64,000 nt of DNA from contig OZ024747.1 in the NCBI GenBank assembly GCA_964016885.1, forward strand, positions 34,596,001 through 34,660,000, written 5' to 3'. Of the stretch, positions 49,676 to 62,937 are shown in pieces (position 1 is the stretch's first letter; each line of letters opens with the position of its first letter). The stretch comes from Eledone cirrhosa (taxonomy: Eukaryota). A program made the translations under genes and the position numbers. The notes below the pieces were generated by a model. That model ran no database searches, had not been told where the DNA came from, and saw nothing but the letters and a program-made list of their open reading frames with translations.

Positions 49676-52600
49676 GGCGACCTACGTAGTAAATCGTATC
49701 ATCGTGAGCTCCGCAAAGGTTTGTTATATCCGTTTGTTAAAAATTTTCATTTATGGAAAATGTTATTGTTAACTGTTTATAAGCGCACATACATTGTTTT
49801 CCGAAAAGGACACCCAAAAAGATTGGGGCCTTGTGCCCAAAATTTAAACTTTTATTATTATCAAAAAAATTTGTTTGAAAAAAATGGCTGATTCACCTCT
49901 GCACGAAGCAGCTGAAAGCCTTCCTCACAAATTAACACCTCACACCGACACCACCATTGTAAATGTTACTACGTTTGCCAACACAAACAAAATATAAGCA
50001 CTAGCAATATTTTAAATTTGTCTCAGGCAGACATTCATTTCCCGCCATTACCAATGACTGCAGGTGTTAAAGCCTCCACCACCACCACCACCGCGACAAC
50101 AGAAACAAAAGAAGAAAAAAATAAATTAACTCGTGATGTCGAAATGAAATCAAGCAAAATGGACTCTTCCCCACCAAAGACGACTGACGTCACCAACACC
50201 ACAACTGAAACAAAAATCAATATTAACACAAATAACGATAGCAACAACAACAACAATGACATTATAAAACCCCCCTCAGTTTCGCCAGGGTAGCAAAGCA
50301 GTTCGAAGCATTTACGGTAACTCAGGAGGATTTAGAAAATGCCAAACAAATGGTAAAGAAAGATGGGTACAGGGTCAGCCTCACCCCCCCACCTAATAAA
50401 ATGGAGAATCGGCGCCTATGCACAGTGTCGTATCGAATAATAAATGTAAAATCGCGCCGAGTGGAACGGGCATCCGAGTCCCAAATCCAAAAAGCTTTGG
50501 GACATGTGTGGGCAAGAAAAACCCACATCAGACGTGGGCAAAAGTATGGAACCGTGGACGTGTTCTTTGAAACACCAGAGGAGGCTAGAGAACACTCCAT
50601 GGCCCCATTAAGAAGTGACGACTTCACACTCGTCCCAAGCTATTGTGGCCAGAGACTCGTATAGATCAGGGTGACCCAAGTTCCACCGGCCATCGAAATT
50701 CCGTGGCTAATAGCGGCCGTCCTCGCCGGCATCGAAGCCAACACGAAAATAATAGCAATAGCAAAAGAAAAGCAGGAAAACTGGTCCGGATCTGGGATGG
50801 AGCTCCTGATCCAAGCGGACCAAAAAAGCATTGAGGAGATCCCAGAGGTAATAGACCTCACTGATGGCAGCCACCTCACGGTAATTGTCGAGGGCAGAAG
50901 ACCTAAGTGTGTCGTTTGTGGTGAAGGAACCCACCTAAGGTCTTTCTGGCCTCAGGCTAAAAGGTTGAGGGCACCTCTCCTACCCACCCCAGTGACACAA
51001 CCATCAACACCACCAGTAGCAGAGATGGCAGCAACAACTGTAGCAACAACAACAGAAGCAACTATAACAGCAACAACCCCAGCAACAGTAGCAAAACCAA
51101 CAGCACCACCACCACCAGCAAAACTAACACCACCACCACCCAATGCTTCAGAACTAGCACCAAGCGCCTACACCACACCACAACCCAAACTAACGGCTGT
51201 GGAGGATTTTCCACTCCCCGGCCTACCACAACTGGAGACAGATTGTGACGACGAGGAGTGGGAAACGATATCCAGAAAAAAAAAAGAAACCAAAAAGAAA
51301 AAATTCTCTTCCTTCCCCCTCCTAAAACAAAATACAGAGGGAAACAAATAAATTAAGAAACAAAAAAGTTAGGACAGATATGCCACCATCCACACCAGCA
51401 TCACCAACCCCATCAACCCAAACACCAACACCATTCCATCATTAACCCCAACACCACCATCACCTACACCACAAAAGTCACCAAAATGCGAAACAGAAAC
51501 AAACCCACAACAAACGCAAACAAAACAAAACAACCAAAACGATACAGACTACACAGCATTAAATTTGAACAACAAGCAATTATTACACTACATCCAACAC
51601 AACACCAGCATCACAGAAAAATACTACACAACAACCCCAAAATTCACACCACCTCCACACATACAAATCACTCGCATCACACAGAAAACGTACATGACAC
51701 TAAAACAAAAATTTCCAAAAGACATCGGAGACTTCCGACGAGCACTCTCCAGGAGGATTTATGAGGACATCCTTCCTGAGGAGGCCACAAGCAGTGAAAA
51801 GGATGGAAAAACCGTCCTTCCCCTACGAGAAGTAAGGTAAGTGGTCTTTCCCATCTTTTCCACTCCTTTTCAACATGACCTCACTCAGAATAGGCAGCAT
51901 AAATGCGCGTGGCTTGGGGTCGTCATGGAAGCAGGGCCACCTGCTCAACGACCCCAGGTCACTAAACATAGATGTAGTGGCCATCAGCGAGACCAGAATC
52001 TCCGAAGCACAGGCTTTCGCACCGATCTTCGGCGGCTACGATGTGTACGCATCTCCCAGCCGTCCGGGATCGGGGGGAGGAGTTGCTGTGCTTTTTCGGA
52101 GAGGTTTGGATCTTGCCATACGGGCCATCTTCCTGGACCCAGAAGGTAAGTTGGTGGTGTTGGACGTGACCAGTGGAGACGGGCAAGCTTTCAGGTTAGT
52201 GGCCGTCTATGCCCCGACAGGAGCAGGGCGGCCTGATTTCTTCTGGCGTCTGGAGACCTTTCTTGGAACGTCCCGCTCTTTAGTGTTAGTGGGCGACTGG
52301 AATGGGATCTTAGATGCACGCTGGGATTGTGTGGGATTAGTGGATAGGGAAGGAGGGTGCAAGAGTCTCACCAACCTGCTCAGACGTTTTGAACTGTATG
52401 ACAGGTACCGAATGGATTTCCCGAATGTACCAATGTGGACTTGGACAAATCGCATAGGGTCATCCAGATCATATCTAGATAGAGTATTTTGTAGGGAAAT
52501 AGATAGGTCTAGCATAGGCTGTCCACAATTCAAGATAGTCAGCTACACGGACCACAAATTCGTGATCTGTGTGCTTGACTTAGATAGGCTTCATAGACGA

Positions 52601-55600
52601 GGACCCGGCTACTGGAAGCTAAACGCGTCCTTACCAGCGCGCAACGCCTACAGAGACCGGATTAGCGAACTAGTTAAGCGGGCGTTGACGGGGGCCATCG
52701 TCAACAACAAGTGGTGGTTTGCTCTGAAAAGAGCAATTAGAATAGAGTCCATTAGGTTTAGTAAGACTTTAGCAATAGAGAAAAATAGAGCAGAGGGAGA
52801 ATTTGTTAGAAAATTAGATGAGGCGCTTAGCAAAGGCATCGCGACCGACGTACTTGCGTCGAAATTGGCCCTTGACCAATTCTTCAATGCAAAGCACGAA
52901 GGCTGCGTTGTCAGAGCTAGGGTGCGTGCTCTCAGACACGAGGGGACGAAGCCGTTCAATGGGCCCGAGTGGCGGAGGCGCGTCGTGGCAACAAACCCAC
53001 GATCCGGTCTTTGGTGGACCACGACGGGCGCATGCTACTCGATCCCGGGCAAATGTGTGAAGCTTTTCAGCGACACTTCGCTCATATGTTCGGGGGCAGT
53101 GGCGGGCCGGATCGAGGGATGGACTTTAGTGTCTACCTCGACGGACTGCCGCGGCTTTCGGCCACCGAGGCGGAGTGTTGCGAAAAGCCGATAACAACCG
53201 CTGAAGTACGGGATGCAATGACTAGTTGCACAAGGGGTAAATCGCCTGGTTCGGATGGTCTGCCCTTGAACTTTACGTACAAATGCCAAACTTGTTCGGA
53301 GGCCTTTTGGCGGACGTCTACTGCAACTGGCAACAGAACGGGAGAATTCCCAGCTCTGTGAGCCGAGGAGCGGTGACGCTGCTGAGAAAGGATCCGAACA
53401 AGGGGGATAACATAGATAATTTTAGGCCCATAACTCTGCTAAACACAGAGTTCAAGATTTTGGCCAAGGTGCTAGCAAAGAGGTTGGCGCTTGGCGTTGG
53501 TGGTCTGGTGGGAGAGGCACAGACATGCGCCATTCCCGACAGATCCATCCACGACAACCTCCACCTCATGCGATACATTGTAGAGAGGGTAGCTAGGGAA
53601 CCTGGCACGGGTGGGTCTTTGATCAATTCATATCAGTCGAAAGCCTTCGATAGGGTCGACCATCGTTACCTAGCGGAAGTCCTGAGGGCGGCTGGCTTTG
53701 GGCCCATCTTCAGAGGCTGGATCGCTGCCATGCACAGCGACATCTGCTCTGTAGTGAGAGTGAACGGTCACCTTTCGGAACCGTTCAACATCATGCGCTC
53801 GGGCCGCCAAGGATGTCCCCTCTCGTCCCTATTGTATGTATTGACTCTCTAGCCATTACTGCACAAACTGGAGACGTTTAGGGGGGTCCCGCGCGAACTA
53901 GGATGCGGAAGATCCGTGTCAGCATATGCCGACGATGTCACCGTAGTGGTGTCGAACGCCAAACACATCGAGGCGATCGGCACTACACTAAGAGAATACG
54001 AAGCGGTGACAGGAGCAATGATCAACCAGGAAAAGTCAGTGGGCCTGCAGCTCGGCACTACACTAAGAGAATACGAAGCGGTGACAGGAGCAATGATCAA
54101 CCAGGAAAAGTCAGTGGGCCTGCAGCTCGGCACCTGGAGAGGCAGGTCCATGCCGTCCAACAGCGTCGTCGGGCGCTGGACGGACGGACGGGTTAAATTG
54201 CTAGGGGTCTGGTTCGGTCCAGACCTCCAGACGGACAAAAACTGGGACGAGGTGACGAGCAGGGTGGCTTCTCTCACCCAGAAATGGGCCGAGAGGAAGC
54301 TATCCCTGAAAGGTCGAGCGGAGGTGGCGAATGCGTACATCGCATCCGTCATCTACTACCGCCTGACCGTCGTACCTTGTCCGAAGCCCCGCCTGACTGC
54401 GCTGGAGCGTTTGCTCTTTCGCTTCTTGTGGAAGGGACGCGCTCCGATGGTCAGGCGGTCCATCTGCTGTCAACACCCGCTACGTGGAGGGCTGGGCATG
54501 CCGTGGCTGATGATGCGCAGACACACGCTCAGGCTACGACATCTCCACCTCTTCCTCGACGGTGATCAGGTGTGGTCGCCGTTTGCTAGACACATTTTTC
54601 CCCAGCTCGTCTCCTTGACGGAGCTGCAGTCCTGGGTCAAGCGAAGTCCGAGAAGGAGCGCTTGGAGACTGGAATGTCTTCAGGCGCTCACAGCCCTCGA
54701 CCAATCGGGCAATGTGATCGGTGGAAACTCCACCTTGGCGTTCTATAGGGGATTAGTGGAGGGGAAGTGCGACGACGTACTTGGAGAAACTCTAGGCGTC
54801 GACGAAAATCAACTAGCCAATCTCTTCGGAAGGACTTTCGGGCCGGAGCCTATGGACAACTTCCAGAAATACCTGGCCTGGCAGTGCTACCGAGGAGCTT
54901 TGCCAGTTCGGGATAAACTCTACAGGCATGGAGGTGCCGTCAGCCGGGTATGTCCGAGATGCGCGCAGGGCGACGAAACCGTCCTGCACGCACTCGTCCA
55001 GTGTCCGAGCATTGCTGACTTGTGGGTTTATGTCGAACACCTGCTGTCACGTGTAGGACGGATCCAGCTATCAGCTGAGTCCATCGTGAGAACTGCCCCG
55101 CCCCCATCCTTTAGCCGGGAAGGGCAGGCAGTTTTTATATGTCTGGTGGCCATGGCGAAAGAGATAGTATGGTGGACACGTTTGAAAGGGCTGAAGACGA
55201 GCACTTACCTCTTCGGTGATGCCCTGATTAACTTTTTCAAATTTCATTTAAAAGGAAAATCAGGGTAGAGAGGGAAGTGCTCTCTTCCCAGCATTTTGTT
55301 GAAAGATGGGTGAGAGAAGCAAGTATGGCCCGAATGAATAGGCCTTCTCTGAGTATGTGTCTGTAAATTAAAGGCGGAAAACTGGGAGAGGGCACTTGCC
55401 CTGGTGGTCAGGGCCACTGTGGTCTTTTAATGGGCTTTCTCCACAAATGTCCCTCGGAAGTCTCCCCCCTATTGGGGAATTTTTCTTTGTTATTTTATTT
55501 CAACCTCCGTTTTTTTACACGCAGAAATGCCCATTTGTACCGTCCTGTATTGTCCTGTACTGTCCTTAATGTCTACTTTATGTAAACCCTTGTGGTTAAT

Positions 55601-55608
55601 AAAGAAAA

Positions 55609-55610
<2 letters not shown>
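49676..55610 (+). mobile_element. Full-length Tx1/L1-like LINE, B-type 5' end, inactivated
   Basis: ORF1 49884-51840 (stops and frameshifts), ORF2 51875-55366 (frameshifts, stop at 53850, 75-bp duplication), 3'UTR with AATAAA and a (TTA)n tail. Confidence 0.95.
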
Positions 55611-55642
<32 letters not shown>

Positions 55643-58600
55643 GAATGCTATGGTTGACGGAGGCTCGGCTCTGTAAGGTATTGTAAATTTTGAACGCTAT
55701 AACAATTGTAAATTGTTTAAAACTTTAACCAACTTGTAGACAAAAACACCCTCCTCATCGTGAGAGTGGTCTTTCTGCCCGTTATTTGGCTCTTTGGGTT
55801 TAAATAACTGCTTATTGGGGTTTTGTGCCCAATATTTATTTTAAACAAAAAAAAACAACATGGCTACGAAAAATAATTTTCATAGGTCACTCCCACTCAT
55901 TCCGTTTTCTTCTTCCTCAATCGTCACTACAGCAGAGAGAAGATTGTCTCTCTCCCTCCCTTCTTTAAATGTGTCACTCTCCCTCCCTTCTCTTTCGCAA
56001 GCGACGACAGAAAAGAAAAGTCTCGTGCAAAGCGTGCAAGATTTCTCCACGACGACGACGATAACGACGAAACAGGTGTGCGAGAAATACGAAAACCCAT
56101 TTCATTCGTCTGACGTCAGGAATAATAGCAGTAGCAGCCGTAATAACAACAGCAACAGTGACAATGAAAACAACAGTAGCAGCCGCAACAGCATCAGCAG
56201 CAGCATAAACAACAACAGCATTAGCAGCAGCAACAACAACAACAACCACAGCAACAGCGGCGGCGGCAGTAGTCGTAGTACCTGCTGCAACAACAAAAGT
56301 AACAGCAGCTCTGACGACAACAACAACAACAGCAGCAAAGAAAAACCAAATTCGTTTGCAGGTATCGCGAAGAACCTGGAAACAATCCTCATAACAAATG
56401 ACGAATTAGAGGAAGCGAAGAAGATGGTGACAAAAACTGGACACCGGGCAATCTGCAAGGCAGCGGAAAAGTTTTTCGAAACCCAACAGCACTGTACGGT
56501 CACGTATCGTACAGTAAGTACAAAATCCCGTAGGGTTGAAAGAGCCATAGAGGCTCAAATACAAAAAGCCTTGGGGTCTGTGTGGCAGCGAAAAACGCAT
56601 ATCACCCGAGGCAAGAAATATGCCACCGTAGGCATACTTTTTGCCACACCCCAGGAGGCAAAGGCTCAATCCGTAGTGACCCTAAGGAGCGAGGAAATGG
56701 TGTTGATGCCCTCCTACTGCGGGCAAAAAATCGTGTGGGTCACACTGACCCACGTCCCCCCCGGGATGGCCCCTTCTTGGCTGGCCACGTCTGTCCTCGT
56801 CGGAATCGAGGACAAAACAACTGTACTGCAAGTACAGAAAAAAGTAAGAGAAGATTGGGTCGGCACCTCCATTGAGATGTTAATCCAAACCAACAAGGAG
56901 TGCATCGAAGCTATCCCGGATGTGATAGACTTCGATAACGGCGCTCAACTGCCCATAAGTGTTGAGGGCAAACGCCCGAAATGCTTTCGCTGTGGATCGA
57001 AGACTCACCTCAGGGCCTTCTGCAACGTGAAGACCCTGAGAAAGGAGAAAACCCCCCTCCTTCCGAAACCGGCTCCACGGCTACCAGCAACAGGACAAGC
57101 GGCAACCAGGAACGATAGGTCCGTGGCACCAATACCCACGCCAGGGAAATCAAAAACAACAGCAGCAGTGGAAGTATTAACAACAACAACAGCAATACCA
57201 AATGCAGCTGCAACAGAGACTCCAGTGCAAACATCACCAACAACAATAAGTGAAAGAGTGGAGCTGGTACCCCTCCCCGACTTCACAGAATCAGACATTG
57301 AGTGTGAGGTGGGAGAGGGATGGCAAACTGTCGTAAGAAGGCACAAACGCAGAAGCAGCGCATAATCGCCTTTGAAAAGGGAGGAAAGAAATGAAAAAAG
57401 GGTAAAGTCTACTGCAAAGAGACTCACAGCAGCAACACCACCAACACCATCACCACCTACACTAGCACCACTATCACCACCGGCGACAACCCCACCGCCA
57501 ACAACACCTTCAACACCACCACCACAAGCACCAACATCGCAAACACAACAACAAAACACACACACACAGCAACAACGACAAGAAAATAGCAGAACCACAC
57601 CCCGCCCCCAGAAAAACAAATGCACGGCAATAAATACACACAACATGAAACTAATGACTTACATAATTGAACACACAGACATTTCACAACACGACTACAT
57701 AATACCAGCACCAATCAAAACGCCAACGAACATAAGACTGTTAAAAATAGCACAGAAACAATACACAAACATTAATAAGAAATTCCCCAACTCAGTTGGT
57801 GATTTCAGAGACCTAGGAGGAACTATCAACCGAAGAGTATATTCGGACATACTCATAGAAGAGCCGACGACCAGCCGAAGGGACGATTCAACGGTCCCTT
57901 CACCAGCCGATTAAGTCAAAAGGGTTGGAAAAACCATCCCTCCTCTACGAAAAGTACGGTAAGTGGTCTTTCCCATCGTTTCCACTCTATTTTAAACATG
58001 ACCTCACTCAGAATAGGCAGCATAAATGCGCGTGGCTTGGGGTCGTCATAGAAGCAGGGTCACCTGCTCAACGACCTCAGGTCACTAAACATAGCTGTAG
58101 TGGCCATCAGCGAGACCAGAATCTCCGAAGCACGGGCCTTCGCACCGATCTTCGGCGGCTACGATGTGTACGCATCTCCCAGCCGTCCTGGATCGGGGGG
58201 TGGAGTAGCTGTGCTTTTTCGGAGAGATTCGGATCTCGCCATACGGGCCATTTCCTGGACCCAGAGGGTAAGTTGGTGGTGCTGGACGTGACCAGCGGAG
58301 ACGGGCAAGCTTTCAGGCTAGGGACCGTCTATGCCCCGACAGGAGCAGGGCGGCCTGATTTCTTCCGGCATCTGGAGACCTCTCTTGGAACGTCCCGCTC
58401 TTTTGTGTTAGTGGGCGACTGGAACGGGATCTTAGATGCACGCTGGGATTGTGTGGGATTAGCGGATAGGGAAGGAGGGTGCAAGAGCCTCACCAACCTG
58501 CTCAGGCGTTTTGAACTGTCTGACAGATACCGATTGGATTTCCCGAATGTGCCATTGTGGACTTGGACAAATCGCATTGGGTCATCCAGATCATATCTAG

Positions 58601-61600
58601 ATAGAGTATTTTGTAGGGAAATAGATAGGTCTGGCATAGGCTGTCCACAATTCAAGATAGTCAGCTACACGGACCACAAATTCGTGATCTGTGTGCTTGA
58701 CTTAGATAGGCTTCATAGACGAGGACCCGGCTACTGGAAGCTAAACGCGTCCTTACCAGCGCGCAACGCCTACAGAGACGGGATTAGCGAACTAGTTAAG
58801 CGGGCGTTGACGGGGGCCATCGTCAACAACAAGTGGTGGTTTGCTCTGAAAAGAGCATTAGAATAGAATCGATTAGGTTTAGTAAGGCTTTAGCAATAGA
58901 GAAAAATAGAGCAGAGGGAGAACTAGTTAGAAAATTAGACGAGGCGCTTAGCAAAGGCATTGCAAAGAACGTGCTTGCGGCGAAATTGGCCCTGTGTTGT
59001 CAGAGCACGGGTGCGTGCTCTCAGACACGAGGGGACGAAAGCAGTTCAATGGGCCCGAGTGGCGGACGCGCGTCATGGCAACAAAGCCACGATCCGGTCT
59101 TTGGTGGACCACGACGGGCGCATGCTACTCGATCCCGGGAAAATGTGTGAAGCTTTTCAGCGACACTTCGCTCAGTTGATCGGGGGCAGCGGTGGGCCGG
59201 GTCGAGGGATGGACTTTAGTGTCTATCTCGACGGACTGCCGCGGCTCTCGGCCACTGAGGCGAAGTGTTGCGAAAAACCGATAACAGCCGCTGAAGTAAG
59301 GGAGGCAATGACTGGCTGCACAAGGGGTAAATCGCCTGGTTTGGATGGTCTGCCCTATGGACTTTACGTACAGATGCCAGACTTGTTCGGAGGCCTCTTG
59401 GCGGACGTCTACTGCAACTGGCAACAGAACGGGAGAATTCCCAGTTCTGTGAGCCGAGGAGCGGTGGCACTGCTGAGAAAGGATCCGAACAAGGGGGATA
59501 ACATAGATAATTTCCGGCCCATAACTCTGCTAAACTCAGAGTTCAAGATTTTGGCCAAGGTGCTAGCAAAGAGGTTGGCGCTTGGCGTTGGTGGTCTGGT
59601 GGGAGAGGCGCAGACATGCACCATTCCCGACAGATCCATCCACGGCGACCTCCACCTCATGCGATACATCGTAGAGAGGGTAGCTAGGGAACCTGGCACG
59701 GGTGGGTCCTTGATCGATTTAGATCAGTCGAAAGCTTTCGATAGGGTCGACCATCGTTACCTAGCGGCAGTCCTGAGGGCGGCTGGCTTTGGGCCCGTCT
59801 TCAGCGGCTGGATCGCTGCCATGCACAGCGACATCTGCTCTGTGGTGAGAGTGAACGGTTATCTGTCGGAACCGTTCAACATCATGCGCTCGGTCCGCCA
59901 AGGATGTCCCCTCTCGTCCCTCTTGCACGTATTGACTCTTGAGCGACTACTGCACAAACTGGAGACGTTGAGGGGCGTCCCGCGCGAACTAGGATGCGGA
60001 AGATCCGTGTCAGCATATGCGGACGATGTCACCGTAGTGGTGTCGAACGCCAAACACATTGAGGCGAACGGCACTACACTAAGAGAATACGAAGCGGTGA
60101 CAGGAGCGATGATCAACCAGGAAAAGGCAGTGGGCCTACAGCTCGGCACCTGGAGAGGCAGGTCCATGCCGTCCAACAGCGTCATCGGACGCTGGACGGA
60201 CGGACGGGTTAAATTGCTAGGAGTCTGGTTCGGTCCGGACCTCCAGACGGACAAAAACTGGGACGAGGTGACGAGCAGGGTGGCCTATCTCACCCAGAAA
60301 TGGGCCGAGAGGAAGCTATCCCTGAAAGGTCGAGCGGAGGTGGCTGACGCGTACATCGCGTCTGTCATCTGCTACCGCCTTACCGTTGTACCTTGTCCTA
60401 AGCCTCGCCTGACTGCGCTGGAGCGTTTGCTCTTTCGCTTTTTGTGGAAGGGACGCGCTCCGATGGTCAGGCGGTCCATCTGTTGTCAACACCCGCTACG
60501 TAGAGGGCTTGGCATGCCGTGGCTGATGATGCGCAGGAACGCGCTCAGGCTACAACATCTCCACCTCTTCCTCGACGGTGATCAGGTGTGGTCGCCGTTT
60601 GCTAGACACGTATTTCCCCAGCTCGTTTCATTGACGGAGCTGCAGTCCTGGGTCAAGCGAAGACCGAGATGGAGCGCCTGGAGACTGGAATGTCTTCAGG
60701 CGCTCACAGCCCTCGACCAATCGGGCAATGTGATCGGTGGAAACTCCACCTTGGCGTTCTATAGAGGATTAGTGGAGGGGAAGAGCGACGACGTACTTGG
60801 GGAAAATCTAGGCGTCGACGAAAATCAACTAGCCAATCTCTTCGGAAGAACTTTCGGGCCAGGGCCTATGGACAACTTCCAGAAATCTCTGGCCTGGCAG
60901 TGCTACCGAGGAGCCTTGCCAGTTCGGGATAAACTCTACAGGCATGGAGGTGCCGTCAGCCGGGCATGTCCGAGATGCGCGCAGGGCGACGAAACCGTCC
61001 TGCACTCACTCGTCCAGTGTCCGAAAATTGCTGACTTGTGGGTTTATGTCAAACATCTGCTCTCGCGTGTAGGACGGATCCGGCTATCCTCTGAGTCCAT
61101 CGTGAGGATTACCCCGCCCTCCTCCTATAGCCGGGAAGGGCAGGCACTTTTTATCTGTTTGGTGGCTATAGCGAAAGAGATAGTATGGTGGACACGTTTG
61201 AAAGGGCTGAAGACGAGCACTTACCTCTTCGGTGATGCTCTGATTAACTTTTTCAACTTTCATCTGAAAAGGAAAATCAGGGTAGAGAGGGAAGTCCTCT
61301 CATCCCAGCTTTTTGTTGAAAGATGGGTGAGAGAAGCAAGAATGGCCCGAGTGAATGGGCCTACTCTGAGTATATATCTGTAAATTAAAGGTGGAAAACT
61401 GGGAGAGGGCACTTGCCTTGGTGGTCAGGGTCACTGTGTCCTTTTACTGGGCTTTCTCCACAAATTTCCCTCGGAAGTCTCCCCCCTATTGGGGAATTTT
61501 TCTTTGTTATTTTATTACATCCTCTGTTTTTTTACACGCAAAAATGCCCATTTGTACCGTCCTGTATTGTCCTGTACTGTCCTTAATGTCTACTTTATGT

Positions 61601-61627
61601 AAACCCTTGTGGTTAATAAAGAAAACA
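55643..61627 (+). mobile_element. Full-length Tx1/L1-like LINE, A-type 5' end, inactivated
   Basis: ORF1 from 55860 (stops at 57365 and 57914); ORF2 57998-61383 with frameshifts at ~58250 and ~58858 and a short deletion at ~58993; C-terminal CPRC..ETVLH...C finger; (TTA)n tail. Confidence 0.95.
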
Positions 61628-61935
61628 TTATTATTAGTGTTATTATTATTATTATAATTATTACTTTATTATTCTGTTTGTTATATTTGTTATCACCGTT
61701 GTGTTTACGTTCTTAGCATTTGATTTAGATTAGCAGTTAAGAGATAATAGAGAATTGTGTAAACACCTTGAAAGTCAGCCAAAACCACGATATGGTGTAT
61801 CTCGTACTTTGAAGCTAGGTTATTTCACGGAAACTACTTACGATCCAAATTAACATCAAATTTTTCTATTACACCTAAAGCAAATGTTCAAGATTTAAAC
61901 ATACCCCACCCCTCCACAAACACACACACACACAT

Positions 61936-62011
<76 letters not shown>

Positions 62012-62506
62012 ACACACATACACACATACACACACACACACATATATATATATAAATGAATTGAGAGGGACGTGGCTGTGTGGTTACTGATAATGATTGT
62101 TAGAAAATAAAGGGACAAAAACAGTTGTCTACTGCAGTTTCCAAATGTTTCAGCGCATTATGGGAAATAGATTTATCCGTAACGTGCTCCTAGCTTTTTA
62201 TCTATCACAAAGCTATGAGGGAAAGAAGCGATAGCCACGAGAGAGAGAAAGGAAAAAAATGAAAAAGGAAGAAAACATCCCGATATATTTATATATATAT
62301 ATATATATATATTCAGGTTTGAGGTTCACCACTGTATAGAGCTGGTCTATTCCGTATGGTCAATCGTAATGCAATAATATAGAGAGTACTCAACGTAAAG
62401 CAGTTCAACCGTCTTTGTGTTTGTAGTTGGTGGTGCTATTACGGAGTTAAATATTATAATGAAATGACAGGAGGCTGGATTTGTGTAAATCCTTGAAAGG
62501 TTTATT

Positions 62507-62564
62507 ATACTATGATCATTTCAATGACCGGGTTCCGTATGAATCCGGTGATATCATCAGGTAT
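62507..62564 (-). ncRNA. Type I hammerhead ribozyme
   Basis: Minus strand: ATAC-CTGATGA-TATC-ACCGG-ATTC-ATACG-GAAC-CCGGT-CATT-GAAA-TGATCA-TA-GTAT; stem III is the palindrome ATGATCAT. Confidence 0.82.
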
Positions 62565-62937
62565 TCGAAATATAATACGTGAATGCAATAGGTAAAATCC
62601 ATGGGGCTGAAAATCGGGACCCGAGGGCGACCGCTATTCTGTTCCTTCAACCTTAGCCGGTCGCCCTGGAGTGACGTGGCTAAATTTTATAGTATGCTAC
62701 TACCGGTCAGATGAACGAAAACAGAAAGAGATGGGAGCATAGGTTAACGTCGATCCCATGACACAAGGTAAAAGAAAGAAAGAAATGAAGGAGAAGAAGG
62801 GGGAAGAAAGAAGAAGAGAAGTCAGGGTTAATGTCAGCTAAAAGAGGAAGGTAACTACTACTGGTCAGATATAGGCAAGCAAGAGGGGGAAGGAAGATAA
62901 GTCTGCGGGAGGGGGAGAGGAGAGAAGGAAGGGAAGG

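Noticed and set aside
41347-60254. Antisense and alternative-frame ORFs repeated in each LINE copy
   Set aside because: They are shadows of the GC-rich ORF2; recurrence reflects copy identity rather than selection.
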